Assembly (NCBI GenBank): GCA_973895155.1
Contig: OZ316893.1
Span: forward strand, 3,516,490-3,580,489
DNA length: 64,000 bases
Source: Marsupella aquatica
Lineage: Eukaryota > Plantae > Marchantiophyta
Direction: 5' to 3'
Shown: positions 36,636 through 50,722 of the stretch, in pieces
How the letters are laid out: every line of letters starts with the position of its first letter
How positions within the stretch are numbered: position 1 is the stretch's first letter
Position numbers and translations under genes: made by a program
The notes under the pieces: generated by a model
The model's database searches: none
What the model was told of the DNA's origin: nothing
The model's input: only the letters and a program-made list of their open reading frames with translations

Positions 36636-39600
36636 TTCACATTGGGCTGTTCATGTATTAGTAGTAAGGTAAATTGTTGACCATAAGGCTACTGTTTTCC
36701 ACCTAGCGTTTGAAACACTAACAGATGGTGTACCAAAACAATATAGAAATATATTTATTTCATTTCTTGAATAGAAAACCCTACGTAAAGGAAGGCCAGG
36801 CACGAGCTTGAATTTTGTTGTTGTTGTGTTCCAGGTTGTGTTCCCGGTTGTGTTCCTCCACGTGATCTTTGTGTTTAATCAAAGCAGATAAACCAAGCCT
36901 TGAGTCAATTAAAAAGTTTTGCCTCAAAACAAAGACCCTATCGTATCCTGACAGAAAACTTACTGGTTGAAACTCAAACAGTGTACCTTTTTTAAATATC
37001 TCAGGTGCATTATTCGCACACCAGGTAAATGTCTTGTGTTTTGAGTAAAATGATAATTATCTACTGTAGGTGGAAGTTAGGGCCCTCACTCCTACAATAG
37101 CAATAGCTTACCAATAACCAATCGACTTGGACTACATAGAAACTTGTGTGGATAGTGATACTCGCTGTCACTACTAAATCTGAAACGAAACAAATTATGC
37201 CATGTGGCACACACTGAAAGGATCACCCAGTCTAATAAAAGTGCACATAGAAAATTACAGAAAATTTGCTTAAGGCCCCACACAATCTCGCGCATGTGCC
37301 AAGTGGGGCCTTATTTAAAACAATGTGCTTCACGCTCAGGGTGTACTGTCGAAACAGGTGAAGTGTTAACTTGACAAATATTTGCGATAGGCCTGACACA
37401 ATCCCATGCAAGCACAAAGGTTAGGATAAAGTGCAACTGACTCCACTTGTCTAATTGGTGTGACTGGGTGAATTCTTGAAGAAGTGAACCTACTCTCATT
37501 GCCACCTTTTCTCAATTGTGAGCTTCTTATTAGTAGCTGCGATACATATCAAATTATAAACTAATGGGTGCTTTTGTTTAGCTTTGTCCTTGCCTCACAT
37601 CAGGGACTAAACTCACCAAAATGGATGTATATCCATTTGATATTCAGATTTGTAACTAGTGTAACCTACATATATCTGAAAATTGACAAGAGTTTTAATA
37701 TTGCTTTTCATTTTATATTGTGCTAGTCTCGTCTACCCATTCTTTGAGTATGAATAGCAAGGAGTACAATAAAAATGTCACCAAAATATATTACTTATTC
37801 ACATTCTTTGAAGGTTAATGAAATGAAAACAAAATCATCATACATGTCATCATTTTCATAATCATACATATCATGCCATACTATTTTCTATGCATATCAC
37901 TCCTTCTATACACATATGTTAGGATGGAACCATAAAGTACATTTTTTAGTGTAAATAACAACCATGACAAAAAGCATGCATGTATCATTTGACATACATC
38001 ATAGGTATAAATTTTCCCATCCACATGATGAGCCATGGAGTTAGTGTCTAGAGGCTTCACTCTAGAAGTCTAAGCCCCAACTCTACCTTGTAGTTGGCCC
38101 TTTATAAATAAGATGTATATCTTTAATCTCATCTGATTTATATTTATATATCACAGTGCCCAAGGGAAAAAAATGCCCAACAGGGAGACATGGTCCCAAT
38201 GGCAAAGCAGGGCCCAAGGAAAACAAACCAAGGGGTCCCAACCAAAAGCTAACAAAAGAACAAAAACAAAAAAAAGTAATCTACATATAGGAGCCCTCAA
38301 GGCCATGTGATTGCATATCTAATATTTTAGGTGAACATCATTGATGGGTGTCATAGAAGTGACATCAAACCATGTCGAATTTTGCACTAGTATACTTTAC
38401 AGTAAATATTCATCAAAATGACCCAAACTGATTTTTGTGAGGTGGATCACAAATAAAATAAAACTACACTGCAGGCTGGGCTTACCCTTGTTAGTTCATG
38501 GCCTCTGGGAGGCCATGGCTTTAACCCCATTGGGCTCACCATCCTCAGGGATTGCATCCCATAACCTCTATCCTACATTCTCAGGGTGATAGCATGGTCC
38601 AGAAAAAAGATAATGAAAGGCCTACAGTTAGGAGCAAGGTAGCCTAAACATGAGTACAATGGTGACTAGGGAAGGCCAAAGGCCACATTGTATTATATTA
38701 TATAGAAGGTTACATTACTTCACATCCAGGAGTACAAGCACAACAAATCATGGTGTTCCAAGTTCATGAACCTTAAGCTTCGGATTATTCAATGACCTTG
38801 TCACAAACCTGGTTACAAACTGACCTGAAGGCATCACTGCAGTTGATGCTAGATACTTTCAAAGGTAAGCCTCTCCAAACCTACTCAGCATATATTGTCA
38901 CCAAAATTTCTTCATGGACTAGAGACGGTGCTCGATGTATGGTTTGCATTCTTGATATGGATTTCAAATCCAAATAATTGACAGTAAGTGGTGAAAACTA
39001 GCCACCTTGAGATGAATAATTATAATTGAGTACCAAACCCTCATGTAAGGAAGGTTCCCAATTGATTTCATGCAGACTTTTATAAAGGGCCCAGGCACAT
39101 TTGCATTGCAAATTTCCTTAATTTTGTAAGTTGTATGCACACGAGCACTGAGGCCAAGGACTATGGCCCTCGCATGCTCCAATGCTGTTGTAAATGCCTT
39201 TGCAGTTTGAATCCAATTGGCACAATGTATTCATTCAAGCTGGGGGCCAGGGTGCGATGGCTCTTGCCTGCTCCAATGTGGCCTCAAATAATTTCCTTTG
39301 CAGCTTGAATACAATTGGCACAATGTATGCGAATAAGCTGGGAGGCCAGGCTGGGCGCTCCAGCCATAAATACTGTTCAAGCTGGGTGGCCCATGGGCTA
39401 TAGTGCATGCATGTTCCAATGCTGGTGTAAATCCTGTCCGACGTCGTTAAAATACAATTGGCACAATGTATTCAAGCTAGGCGGCTACAGAGCTTGCATG
39501 CTGCAATGCAGCCCTAAATCCTTCCTGCACTGCATTGCTACCCTTTGCCATTACTACACTGGACCAACCTCGGTGCTACGTGACTACACCTCGGTGCTAT

Positions 39601-42600
39601 AGCTTGAACTGTGTGGTAGAGCCCTCACGAGGAGAGCATGGTTTATGAGAGAATGTGAAAGTTTTGGTCATGGGCAGAGAGATTTGTGCCAGGAGGTCGA
39701 CTTAGTTATAGATCTCTACACAGAAGAGTAGTACCAAACAGGAGAAACTTTGGAGGACGTAACTTTGGTCATTGGTCATCACAGTACATGCAGATTGACG
39801 TGGTTGACCCTGTTTCAGTAAGTTGGTCCTATCCTGCGACTACAAAACATGGATATTGACCAAAACTGAATCATGGAGTTTCTCCATATGGGAAAATTTC
39901 AAATTGAAGAAGACCCATAATAATTGGCATGATACAAGTTGTCGATTCAGCAGCGAGAGCAATCTCAGATGATTACAGTACGTCCGTATTGCAGCTGTGA
40001 TCGCTCATCCTGGGACACAACCTGGCCTCATTGAGTAGAACTCAGAGCAGCCACAGCCCACAGCTTTTGCGTGGATAGACCTCATTTCGTGATGATTGTC
40101 AACCTCCTGGGACCTGGTCAGCAGACGACCTGAAGAGGCAGCTCGACAGCAGCTCTTTTCAATCGAGAAGCTAACTGAGTGATAATGGCAAGCGACGCTT
40201 CGATCTGCCACTCTCTCGCTGACGAGGCTTCCCTGATTCATTCACTGCTGACTATTCAGGTTTGTGTCAGCGGGTGCACAACTGCACATAGAACATTCAG
40301 CTTCTTTATTGTTAACGGGAATTTGCATCTGAATAATTAAACAGGCGGTTTGTCATTCATTAGAACTCCGTGGACGGTCACCTATTATGATCAGTTGGTC
40401 AAGGTCAAGAGATTGACCTGACGCTGTAAGTCGTGGACGCCTAGTGGTTGTAATAACCTTACAGGACTGTACTCTGAGACGACTCTAGAACAATCGTTTC
40501 CATTTCCCTGAGCTGAATCTCTGCAAGCTTCTCGTGGTCTTCTTGTGGCCATTTTCCTTTCTCTTACTGGGCTGCTTTGACGTTGGGACCATGTCTCCAG
40601 GTTTGGCGTTTTCTTATCTTTTGGCATTTTTTGTCTTTTGGCCCAGTGATATATATCTTTGTTCAGCCCTTGACACTCAAAGTGGGAACCAGCTGATGGG
40701 AGGATCATCAGTCTGGACGAGAACCGGAGCATGTGAAAGGTTATAGTTAGTCATTACCTATCTAGAGTTTAGAATTGCGGAGCGCGGGAATTCCTTACCT
40801 ACCCAAAACGGCCTCAATAATTACGTCTCTGCAAATTCTGGTACGCGCTGACAAGATAAAGCAGGGTACAGTAGAGAGAATATGTCACCTGACCAACCTC
40901 AAAAATGCTATTATCGCTCCACTTTGAGGTAAAGGGTGATAAGATGAACCTTATCTGTAGCAAGAGAATCCCACCACATGCTCGACCTGGAAACGACACC
41001 TGGGATCAGAGATCGCTGGTAGATCCTGTACATCGAGAATTCCATCATCATCGCGTTTGTGCAGGTTGCAGGAGTTACAGTTTCTTATGTGGTTTGTCTA
41101 GGGGACCTCCGTGTCTTGAACAAAGGAGACACCAGTCATTATGCCATCCCTGAGACGTCCAGATGCACTAACAAACTCACCTAGCTTCGCTCTGGCGCTT
41201 CAAATCTAGGATATCTGTTTTATTGTCCACTATTGTAAGGAACTTTGATCGACCGTAAGCCTTGCTGAACTATTGTACCCGGCGGTACGTCCTGCCTTTG
41301 CCAGCAGTACGGTCCTTCTTTCCTGCAGTATGCAGTAGCTTCCATTAGACTATCATCAAGCTAACGAAGTCGAACTGGCAAGCCCCAAGACCCCAAATAC
41401 TATATAGGATTAGAGCCAAAAATACTGCGGACAATGGAGTCAGAACAGTCGTGTTTTTCACTGCAGTACTTCCGTTCATGCCTGCAGTAGTTTCGAGAGG
41501 AACTTCATCAAGCCAACTAAATTGAACTGGCAATCCCCAGACACGAGATTGGAAGTAAAAACTACGGCGGACAATGGAGTCAGGACAGTTGTTTGTCAAT
41601 CTAGACGTGAAGTTTTTTCACACTGAACAAGACACCTGGTGAAAAATCAATTTCGTTTTCAAACCTCTTGAAAATTTAGCAATTTTGACGCCATGAATGA
41701 ATAATCATAATTGAAATTGACTAATTCTTTGGAGAGCTAGCACATGCTGATTTCACAACCTCTTTCGTTTCCTTGAAGAGAGAACAGATCCAGCCCTCAA
41801 AACTGAAAAATAGATACCAAGCTGGTCGGTAGATTTGTTTGAACTGGACTTTTGCGAAAGCTTTGTGACCATATATTGGGCAAACAGCTTGCAGAGTAGA
41901 AACTTGGCTGAAGCAGGCAAAAACGTTTATCTCGTGGGCAGACAAGGGTAAGATTTGTGTGTCATTCAGAAAAGTTTAAAAGGAAAGAGGGTAGCCTGTT
42001 CACGTCAAGCCTTATGATTGACGAAGTGTGCATTCGATTACTGTGTCTCTGTCAGCTAACCCTTCCCCCGTGGCTTCGAACCGAAAGCAAATTTCTGGGA
42101 TCACTCATGTGTGATAGAAAATGAATATCGTCACTTACATAGAGTTGTCAGAGTATGACCAGGTTCTTCACTCTTTGGCTTTTGCACTGACTCCTTTCCT
42201 TGCCACGGGGCGATTTCGCAAATCAGACGAGCAATTTGAAGTCTGGGACAAGAATAAGAAAATGAACTATGGAAAGGCTCAATCTACTCGACTTTCAACG
42301 TGATCAGCATGTTGAAGTATGTGATAAAGAAGCTGTAAACACCCATGCAAAAGAATTAGGGGAAACCAATGCTTGCAATTCACTTGTGGCGCAATGCCCT
42401 GGTTTCTATGTGAAGCTTGCTTACTACCCGAGGAGTCGAAGATCTTGTGGCAAAAGTTTTTCTGGGCAATATATTATTTCGAGCACCTCAGTCTAAAAAC
42501 AGCGGAAAAATGATTTAACCCATAAATGAGCAGCAACGTGTAATGCAGACCGGAGCCGATGTAGCGATCCTGTAAGTGTTGGTTGAATGCTGTTAGCTCA

Positions 42601-42724
42601 CTGACACTAGCTGCTGACTAAGGCGGAAATCAGGACTTATTCATCAAATTCACTATTAAAATCCAGCGGGGCATGGAAAAATGGTGGTTTACAATGTAAA
42701 TGGAAAAAGGAAAAGGTGCTAGAA

Positions 42725-45460
42725 TTAGGCGCTTTCATGGTTCATCAATCTTAGCCGCTCTCTTGACCTGATATCGGCCTGCACAGAAAGGAAGTCATGG
42801 CCGTCTCTTTTTGCTCAGACGCTTGTTATGCAAGATACATCAAACAGAGCATGAAATCAAAGCCGCTGACTTAGAATATTCTTCATCTCCTCTTATGGAA
42901 CAGTCACGTATAACTAAGGAAACGTACTCTGCCCCCAGCAAACATGTATATGAGGATCTGGCGATTATGAGAAGAGAAAATATATCAGTGAAGAGAGGGA
43001 CGGACCTGGCGGACAGGTTCTGGGACGCGATATTGACAACATCTCCGAACCACAGCTGTGGCTGTTTCCAGAGAAATTCGATGGCCAATCGAGACGTAAA
43101 TAGGTTTTGTCGAGTCTGCATGACTTTTAACGGCCTGCCGATTCCAAGATATGAAACTTTACCACCAATGACGATGCAAGGTGGGGACGCATTCGTAAAA
43201 CAACAGGTCTTGGCAAGTAATGAACAATAATATCTAGAAAATAAGATCCCTCGGACGTTGTCATCGATCCTTCAGTACCGAAACTAACATATTTCCAGGC
43301 ATGATTGAAGCTTCCGTTTAAACACTAACCATGCCCCATACACGCCCACTTCTTCCAGTCAGAGGAATTGCATCTCCTGAACTAAGATTGGTCTTGGACA
43401 CCTCCAGCCTCACTTCTGCATCAGAGAGACCATCAACATGATGAAGCTGGAAGACAAAACAACATGAAACATTTTTTTCAGGGCACTTATCCGTTCCTGC
43501 CGATGCCCGCACTCAGATTACCAGGGGATTCGGACCAGGCATATTCAAACCCTCCAGATAAGCTATGATTGCCACCAGAGTCCATAAACCCCATTCGGCC
43601 TTTTCGAATGGAATGGATGGCTGAATCCAACAGGAGTGACGTGCAATCTAGATACTCCTGAGTATTGTGCGTGTCTTGCATTTGTTATCAAGGTAAAATC
43701 TACCGAGGTCTTGGCTCTTACAACACAAGGCTTGTCCACTCAAAACAGTTAAAAAATGAGAACTAAAAACATAAAATCAAGAAGTCTGGAAAAATATAAA
43801 ACTATGATTCCAAACCTACATTTTTCCCGACACCAATCGTTGGGATGTCTGCCAGGACTCCAAGATGACTCGCTAATCCAAAGCCTGCACTCGTCACAGC
43901 GTCATCACAGTGTCAAAATTGAACCAAAGACCTTTTTGACAAACACCCATTTTGCGAAGTCATGGTGAGGTAGGGATCCTTAGTCTTTACCGTCAGAAAT
44001 GTTTTCAACTTAACACCAAGTAAAACTAACAATCTACGTTAGTAAGCGAGAGCTTAAGACATTATTTCCGCAGAGAAAGAAATCCAGCACGCACCTCTGG
44101 GATGCAGGATGCCATTACCGTCCACCATCAGCAACTGTTGCATATACGAGTAAACTCTTGTGAATTTTCTGTGACTGAAAAACAAAAGCATAAGCAATTC
44201 CGAGCGTTTCTCGTCTATAGTCAAGATTGCTTTGACTTGATTGAATTCCCCAAATATCGGCTTCTGAAACGTTCTTTGAGAATTTGGCCGAGCTGAGCTG
44301 AAAGGTACTGCACACCTGAGGATATAGAGTCTTGGTACTGGTGGCCATCTTCTTAATAAGGTTCAGTAGCGCAGGACTCTGCCAACACAATTTCCAGAAT
44401 AAAACTAAATTTTGAATGAATTTGCACTGTCATTAATTGAAATGTGCAAAAATAAAGGCGAAATAAATTTGCATTCTCATCAATCGAAACGTGACCTTCA
44501 GGGAAACAATAAATCACACATGAAGCTGCGAGAGTTTAAACCCTGATCCTCTATGGAGACGAGATAAAACCTTCTTCATATGTGACTTATCGACAAGACG
44601 ACCCTATAGATCAATTGGAGATGGGACAGAATGGATGAATAAATGGAATTTGAAGTCCATAGCCATGGGACCAGAAAGGAACAATTGTAGCCAATGTAGA
44701 CAAAGGGATCCAGTTAAATTAAACAAACCTCTCGAAAGGCAAGAAACCCTGGGATGTACGGCATTGTCAGCTTCACCATTTCATAATCTTCATAAACCAC
44801 TTTCATACTGTCTATGTCCAGAACAACCACAGCACCGAGGGCGACTGAAGGATCAATCTTGGAGAAGCTGAGGTCGACACCTCCAACGTATCGGAGCCTA
44901 TTTCGCTCTTCAATTAGAGAAGACCCTGAAATGGATGACCCCGTAGAGTCTGAGCTTTTCGGAAGTAGTTTCCAAGCGAAGTCATCATGCAATATTAACC
45001 TGGACTTCAATGCTTCTTGTTCACTGCAAACGATTCACTATGTAAGGGAATGGTCGCATGAATCGGCTCTAGAGGATCCACTAGAAACCACGCAATGCCA
45101 TTTTCATCTGGAGCTGATGCCATCACCACCTCAAGAAAAATAGAATATATTCAGACAGGCATGAATCACTCATTGACCGCGGTGTAAATGATTTTTATTG
45201 TAATCGCCCACCTGATGCACAAAGAGGTATGAGAGCTATTCTCTGTCGCGGCCACATCCTCAATGCTGGAGTTTTTACTGCTTAAATCTAATTTTGTTCA
45301 TGGCATCTAGGTAACCGATTTACAAATTGTAAAATATAAAAGGATTGAGACCACTTCGGAAACAATTTGAGAAGACTCACCGCATCCATTCCTGTAGTTG
45401 TTCTGAAGCAGGCTCATTCTGCGCAAATGTGGCTGAGAATTCTGATGAGCCAAAATCCAT
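42725..45460 (-). CDS. ENDOV: Endonuclease V (deoxyinosine/inosine 3'-endonuclease), 8 exons: 45460-45381, 45023-44729, 44378-44316, 44134-44095, 43884-43820, 43446-43330, 43134-43006, 42778-42725
   Basis: Motifs VGGVDLSF, PYIPGFLAFRE, LLMVDGNGILHPRGFGLASHLG, PTIGVGKN, KPIYVSIGHRISL and YRVPEPVRQADIRSR; all introns are GT-AG and in phase. Confidence 0.95.
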
Positions 45461-46426
45461 AGTGAAGAACACCCGACAATATCACTGCATCGATTGAAAG
45501 ACGGAAAACATTCATCCTTGAGCTATATAAAAATCGCCAGCACAGATGGCCCGTATCCGCACGAGAAGCTGCGAGTCCGGTTCGTTCTGGCGTGTGGGCA
45601 GCAATTCTTTCTCTCGCGATTGTCGTCCGATGGCTGTTTTGACGCCATCGGAAGAATTGTTATGTAATCCACTCCGTCAACAGCCTTGGTGGTCAAGGGC
45701 CCGGTTGCCTCGCCCTTCTAGCCCTTCTAGCCCTTCTTGTCTCCTCCGTGCCTCCGAGCTCGCTTCCCAGACAGGGGACACCCGTGACAGAACAAGTACT
45801 GCACGCAATTCAGAGCTTGTCTTTGGTGTCTTTATTGCGGAAACGATGGGAAGAGAACTCTACCCTGTCACCGTGACTAGTTTATGCTGTCAGCCCTCAC
45901 GCGTGCCCTCATCCCTTCCCTGCCCGAGTCCGCACTGCCACTTGAGGGTAGAGACGGAGTGACTTCCCTGGCCCCCCTTAGCTGAATCCGCATTGAACCC
46001 GCCCAACGGTACACTGGGAATGCTCGACGGTGTACCGGATTCTTTGGCCGACGGGAATGATTGTGCCTTTCGCCTTAGGCAAGCAAGCTCTACGAACTCT
46101 GCTCTTGAAGAACTCCCAGCCATCGCTAAACGAAGTACTTACGAAGCATCGCTCGTGAGGCAGCCGTCGATCAGCTCAGAAGATTTTATGGACGGTCGAG
46201 GTCAGCATTTCCGGGCACCAGATCCACGAATTTCTTCGGAGCTTCCAAAAATTCACTCGTTTGGTTCTTGCCATTGTTCATGAAGTGCTGACTTCGCTGA
46301 GATTCTTCACATTACAGCAGGTGCTAGAACTGTACAGTTTCAGCCAACTGACTCCTGAAGCAGAATCCAATCAGTGCCATTTGGAAGTACAACTCGTTGC
46401 CGGCATAGGAATCGCCCAATTGCAAA

Positions 46427-49400
46427 ATGACAACTCGTTTAATGAGACCCTTTTGCGTTCGCCTCTTGTCGTCTACATCCTTTTCACCAACATCTTGGGG
46501 GCAGTCTTCTCCGGGGCGCTGGGCATCTGTGTCATCCGCAAAGGCTTGGATGTTCCAAGAGTTTTCTAGGACATCAATACATTCGGTCTCTGCAGGGCAA
46601 GGTGTTCGGATTCGATATGGAGGTGGGCTGTCTTGTTGTGCATTTGGAGTGCAGTCTCACAGTCGTAATTGCCGTCAGGTAGAATCTTCCAGCAAGGGAA
46701 GCCGGAATGAAGATCTTTTAGGTAATGTTTCTCGTGAACAGCAAACATATGTACCCTTCATTCTGAGAGATTGAAATAAGTAAAGCAAGTATAAGAAGAG
46801 AGAGATTTGTCTGGGGTTTCCACAAAATGTTTTAAGAAACCAAAGGATTGATGGAATGGAAATATTGGTCATGGGCAAGAACTAAAATTTAACAACTAAG
46901 CACGGTCTGATTTACAAGGGAGTCTTGGTGCAGAACAAAGTGAAGAGCTGTCGACTGAGAAAGAATGGGAAAGTCTACAGAAGTGGACGAGGGGTGGAGG
47001 AGTTGTACACAAGCTTGCAAAGGTCTTTCGCTTGGACTGTCTTTCACCTCCCACTTGATAACATTTAATTATCGACGGCAAGGTCCGACAAGAGCATTCG
47101 GGGCTATATGTTGCGTACGATTATTTGGTCGGTGTACGAGCAGGAGTTGATTTTGAATCTCATGTTCTTGTGTATACATGTGTTGGTGTAGGTTAATGCA
47201 TCTGTTGTGGTTGAAGAAGGGGCCATCATACATTCACACGCCATCATTGGACCGCACACGCAAATCTCTTCGGGCTCTGTAGTGGGCTCTCATGTGGTTA
47301 TAGGCTCACACAATAAGCTTGGGTACTGGGCTTGAAAACCTCTGTTGTAAATTTGTAATTGTGACATCATGGGCTGCTCCTGCACTGAAGTTGGATTCTT
47401 CTGATGTACTCGATTGGAGTTGTTTTGCTATTCTCCATGTCAGCTGGATTTAGGGCTTAAGGTTTACATTCTGAGATTTTTCTTTATGTACTTAATAATA
47501 TATTTTGACAGCGTTGAATGTGACTTGCAGCTTCAATGTTGCTCTGCAGAATTGCTCTGTTGGAGATTCGTGCATTTTGCACAGTGGAGTTTGTGTCGGC
47601 CAAGATGGTTAGTCCTCATTTGATCTCCTGAGTCATAGTCATCCATTCCATTCTCCCCAAGTACTTGTGTTTTCGTGGCAAAATCTGTCAGATGCGTGCA
47701 CTTTCCTGCAGCTTTTCCCTGGAAGATCTTCGGTTGACCTTGTCATTCCGATCAGCAATACTGCTTGTTTCATTTGAGAACTTGTCAAGTGGGAATTTTC
47801 TCTTTGAGCACATACCTAGTCAGAAATCCTCGCAGGCTGTCGATTCCTGTGACCAGCATCTTCTCAAAGGGTCTCTGTGGTCTACTGGCGGTCTGAGGTT
47901 TCGAGCTTGTCATTCAACAAAAAACTTTATATGGTTTGATCGCAATGGGCCTGACAACATCTCTGATCCTGGACAGGGTTTGGATTTACTGTCAATGACA
48001 AGGGCGAGATGGTGAAGAGACCTCAGGTGAGTGTCCCCACCGACTGCTGTAGTTCAAGGGAGGTATGATATTGCTTAGTGAGAACTAGCTATTCATTCAA
48101 CTAATTATCCCCGTGGTATTGAGGCAGATGCTAAGGGTTCAAATAGGGAATAATGTGGAGATTGGTGCTAATTCATGCATTGATCGAGGAAGGTATTAGA
48201 TATTTTTTAATAGTTCCTGGTAACTTGGATCAAACTCAACTTTTCTTGGGTAGAGTATTAGTTCTTTTTGGTGGAAATGATACTTCTGGCTTCCCCTCTT
48301 CGGATTCGTGAACATACAGTCTGAAGGTCTTGCAATTATTTTGAATGGATGGATGGTAGGAGGTCAAGATGCTCGCAGGTAGATCAACTTAAATTTAGCT
48401 GTCGTCAGAGAATAAATATGATGGTGTTTAGCAGGCTAGAGCAAATTGGCGATTGGGGCATTTATGAGTTGATGCTTGCAGCTGGCGTGATACAATTATT
48501 GGAGACCATACCAAGATTGACAATCTGGTTCAGGTATGCAATTCCGACTGTGCCAAAATATTTCTGGATTTAAGTAACAGGCAAGGATGTATGTCTTGCC
48601 GTTGGGTGCATTGTGTGAACGAAGCGAGGATTGTATCGGCCCTATTTTTGTCACTTTAAGTACGACCAGACTGCTATGTGGATAAATAGGATCAAGTCAG
48701 ATCTTACTGTCACATATGGTGCTCTCCTCCATGCTCAACTTGAACGTCCCATGAACCGTGTCATTGAAGCAGATAGGGCACAATGTGGTAATAGGACGCT
48801 GCTGCATACTTTGTGGACAAGCGGGAATTGCGGGATCTGCCACGTATGTAGGACATACCTAAAGGCTCCTCTGTTTTCTTTTCCGTGCGTGACCTGTTGG
48901 ATGTTTTAAGTGCAGTTTGATGCATTTTCCGTTTACTGTTAAACTTGTAAAACCTCTCTTCATGAGGAGAAATATGGGAAGTTTGCTGAGAGCAGCAATT
49001 GGTTGCAGGCTTGGTGATTATGTTGTCATGGGCGGAAAGTCAGGTGTGGCTGACCATGTGTCAGTTGCCAACAAGGTAAATCACCATAGGGAGGACCAAC
49101 TGGTTGTTGTTTGATTATATTTGTACAGCATGGCGACTTGAAGGACTCATTTCAACGCTGCTTACAGGTGCGCATTGCAGCGAAGAGTGCTGTAACCTCC
49201 AGTATCGTAGAGCCTGGTGACTACGCAGGATTTCCAGCGGTAAGTTTTCTATATTGAGCTGGAGCTCCATTATCTCAAAATTAAGTCGAAACATGCTGGA
49301 GGATGATTTAGCTGAGGGGATTTGGTCACCAATCAGGGTTAGTAATTATGTCTAAATTCAGTTGGAATGTGCTGGAGGAAGAATCTCGAAGGGGATTCGG

Positions 49401-49773
49401 TCACTAATCAGAAGTAGTCCATTACGTCGGAATCCCGTTCAAGTGTGCTGGAGGATGTGAGTCATCTGAGCGGATTCGTCCATTGCGTCTAATCCTATTG
49501 GAATATGTTCAAGGGTTTACTCATTTCAGGGGATTTGACCACAATGTTTGTGATATATTTAATATGGAAAAACAGGTACCTGCCAAGGCATGGCGTCAAT
49601 CAGTCTTGAATTTCCGGAAGCTGGGAAAACAACCGCAGGTAGGGACAAATACCACCTTATGTATTCTACAAACCACAGAGTTTTGCGAGGACTCAGAAAT
49701 TTGTAGGTTTCATATGTCCATCCAAGAAATGCGTTCCTGCCCTTCTCTTGTCAGACTGCAAACTGTTTTCTAA
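46427..49773 (+). CDS. LpxD: UDP-3-O-acylglucosamine N-acyltransferase (LpxD), organelle-targeted, ~11 exons; 3' end uncertain (after 49638)
   Basis: Exon 1 (46427-46721) is transit-peptide-like. Later exons give [10 protein letters not shown], hexapeptide repeats, [60 protein letters not shown] and [15 protein letters not shown]. Confidence 0.93.
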
Positions 49774-50490
49774 GCTCTGTTCTAAATGCTATTACGAACG
49801 TTTCTACTGATAAGCAAAAATCTCCATTTAAGGCTTAGAAATATGGAGGTAGATGAACGTTTCTAGTTCAAAGGACGAATCTCCCTTCGAGGACAGACAA
49901 AGGAAGTTAAAATGGACTTACAGCATGACCTTCAACTGACTCCCAATCATGGGAACGTACAGGTACAAGGATATGATCAAGAAGATTGACAGAAAACTGA
50001 CGAACAGAAGCGAAGTGCAAGTGTTGGAAACTCGAATTTACCTTCCTTGGGGCAATGCTTCCCCAGTCAAAATCTTGTACTTCTTCCTTAGTCTGCCATG
50101 CCTCCCTTCCCATTCCCATACTCTTGCTCATGAGCCGTGAGTGAAGCTTCACTGACAGGATTTCTTGTCCTCGGTCAGTGATGGAGTCTGATTGATCTAT
50201 TTTTTTGGTTCAAAAAGGTTTTCGTATCGATTTGGTTTGGAAACACATTTCTCAGACATCACTAATGCGTGGTTACAAAGTTGCATGAAGAGTTCAGTTT
50301 CACAAATAGGTTTGTTGAAGTTGCATGAAGAGTTTCATTACTCGTGGAATATGCAGAAAAATATGCAGAAAAATATGCAAATATAGTGATCATGCTGCAC
50401 AAATATAGGCCAAGTACACATATCCGATTGATGAGCACGTGTAAGGGGAACCACAGCCACATATGGGTCCTGATAACTGCACATCAAAAT

Positions 50491-50722
50491 ATGACATATA
50501 TGGTGTATAACATTTCTCTATATGATGATAAATCTTGTTATTTTTTTTAACTCAATAAGTGCACACCATATATTACCACATTTTGATATGTGATACTGGC
50601 AGGGCTGACATATATGGTGTATAACATTTCTCTATATGATGATAAATTTTGTTATTTTCATTAACTCAATAAATGCACACCATATGTTACCACATTTTGA
50701 TGTGTGATACTGGCAGGGGCCA
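50491..50722. repeat. ~115-bp tandem duplication
   Basis: TGACATATATGGTGTATAACATTTCTC...GTGATACTGGCAGGG occurs twice. Confidence 0.85.

Noticed and set aside
40005-41200. Possible spliced gene on the minus strand (ORF 40391-40732 with donor-like sites)
   Set aside because: No recognisable domain, and I could not build a consistent exon chain.
42811-43230. 139-aa + strand ORF
   Set aside because: It is an antisense shadow of EndoV exon 7 and its flanking introns.
45546-45962. ORF as the first exon of LpxD
   Set aside because: The ATG at 46427 gives a transit-peptide-like exon that splices in phase to the conserved exons; I found no in-phase link from the 45546 ORF.
46427-49773. LpxD (lipid A pathway) as a novel horizontal acquisition
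   Set aside because: Nuclear, intron-rich, mitochondrion-targeted Lpx genes are established in land plants.
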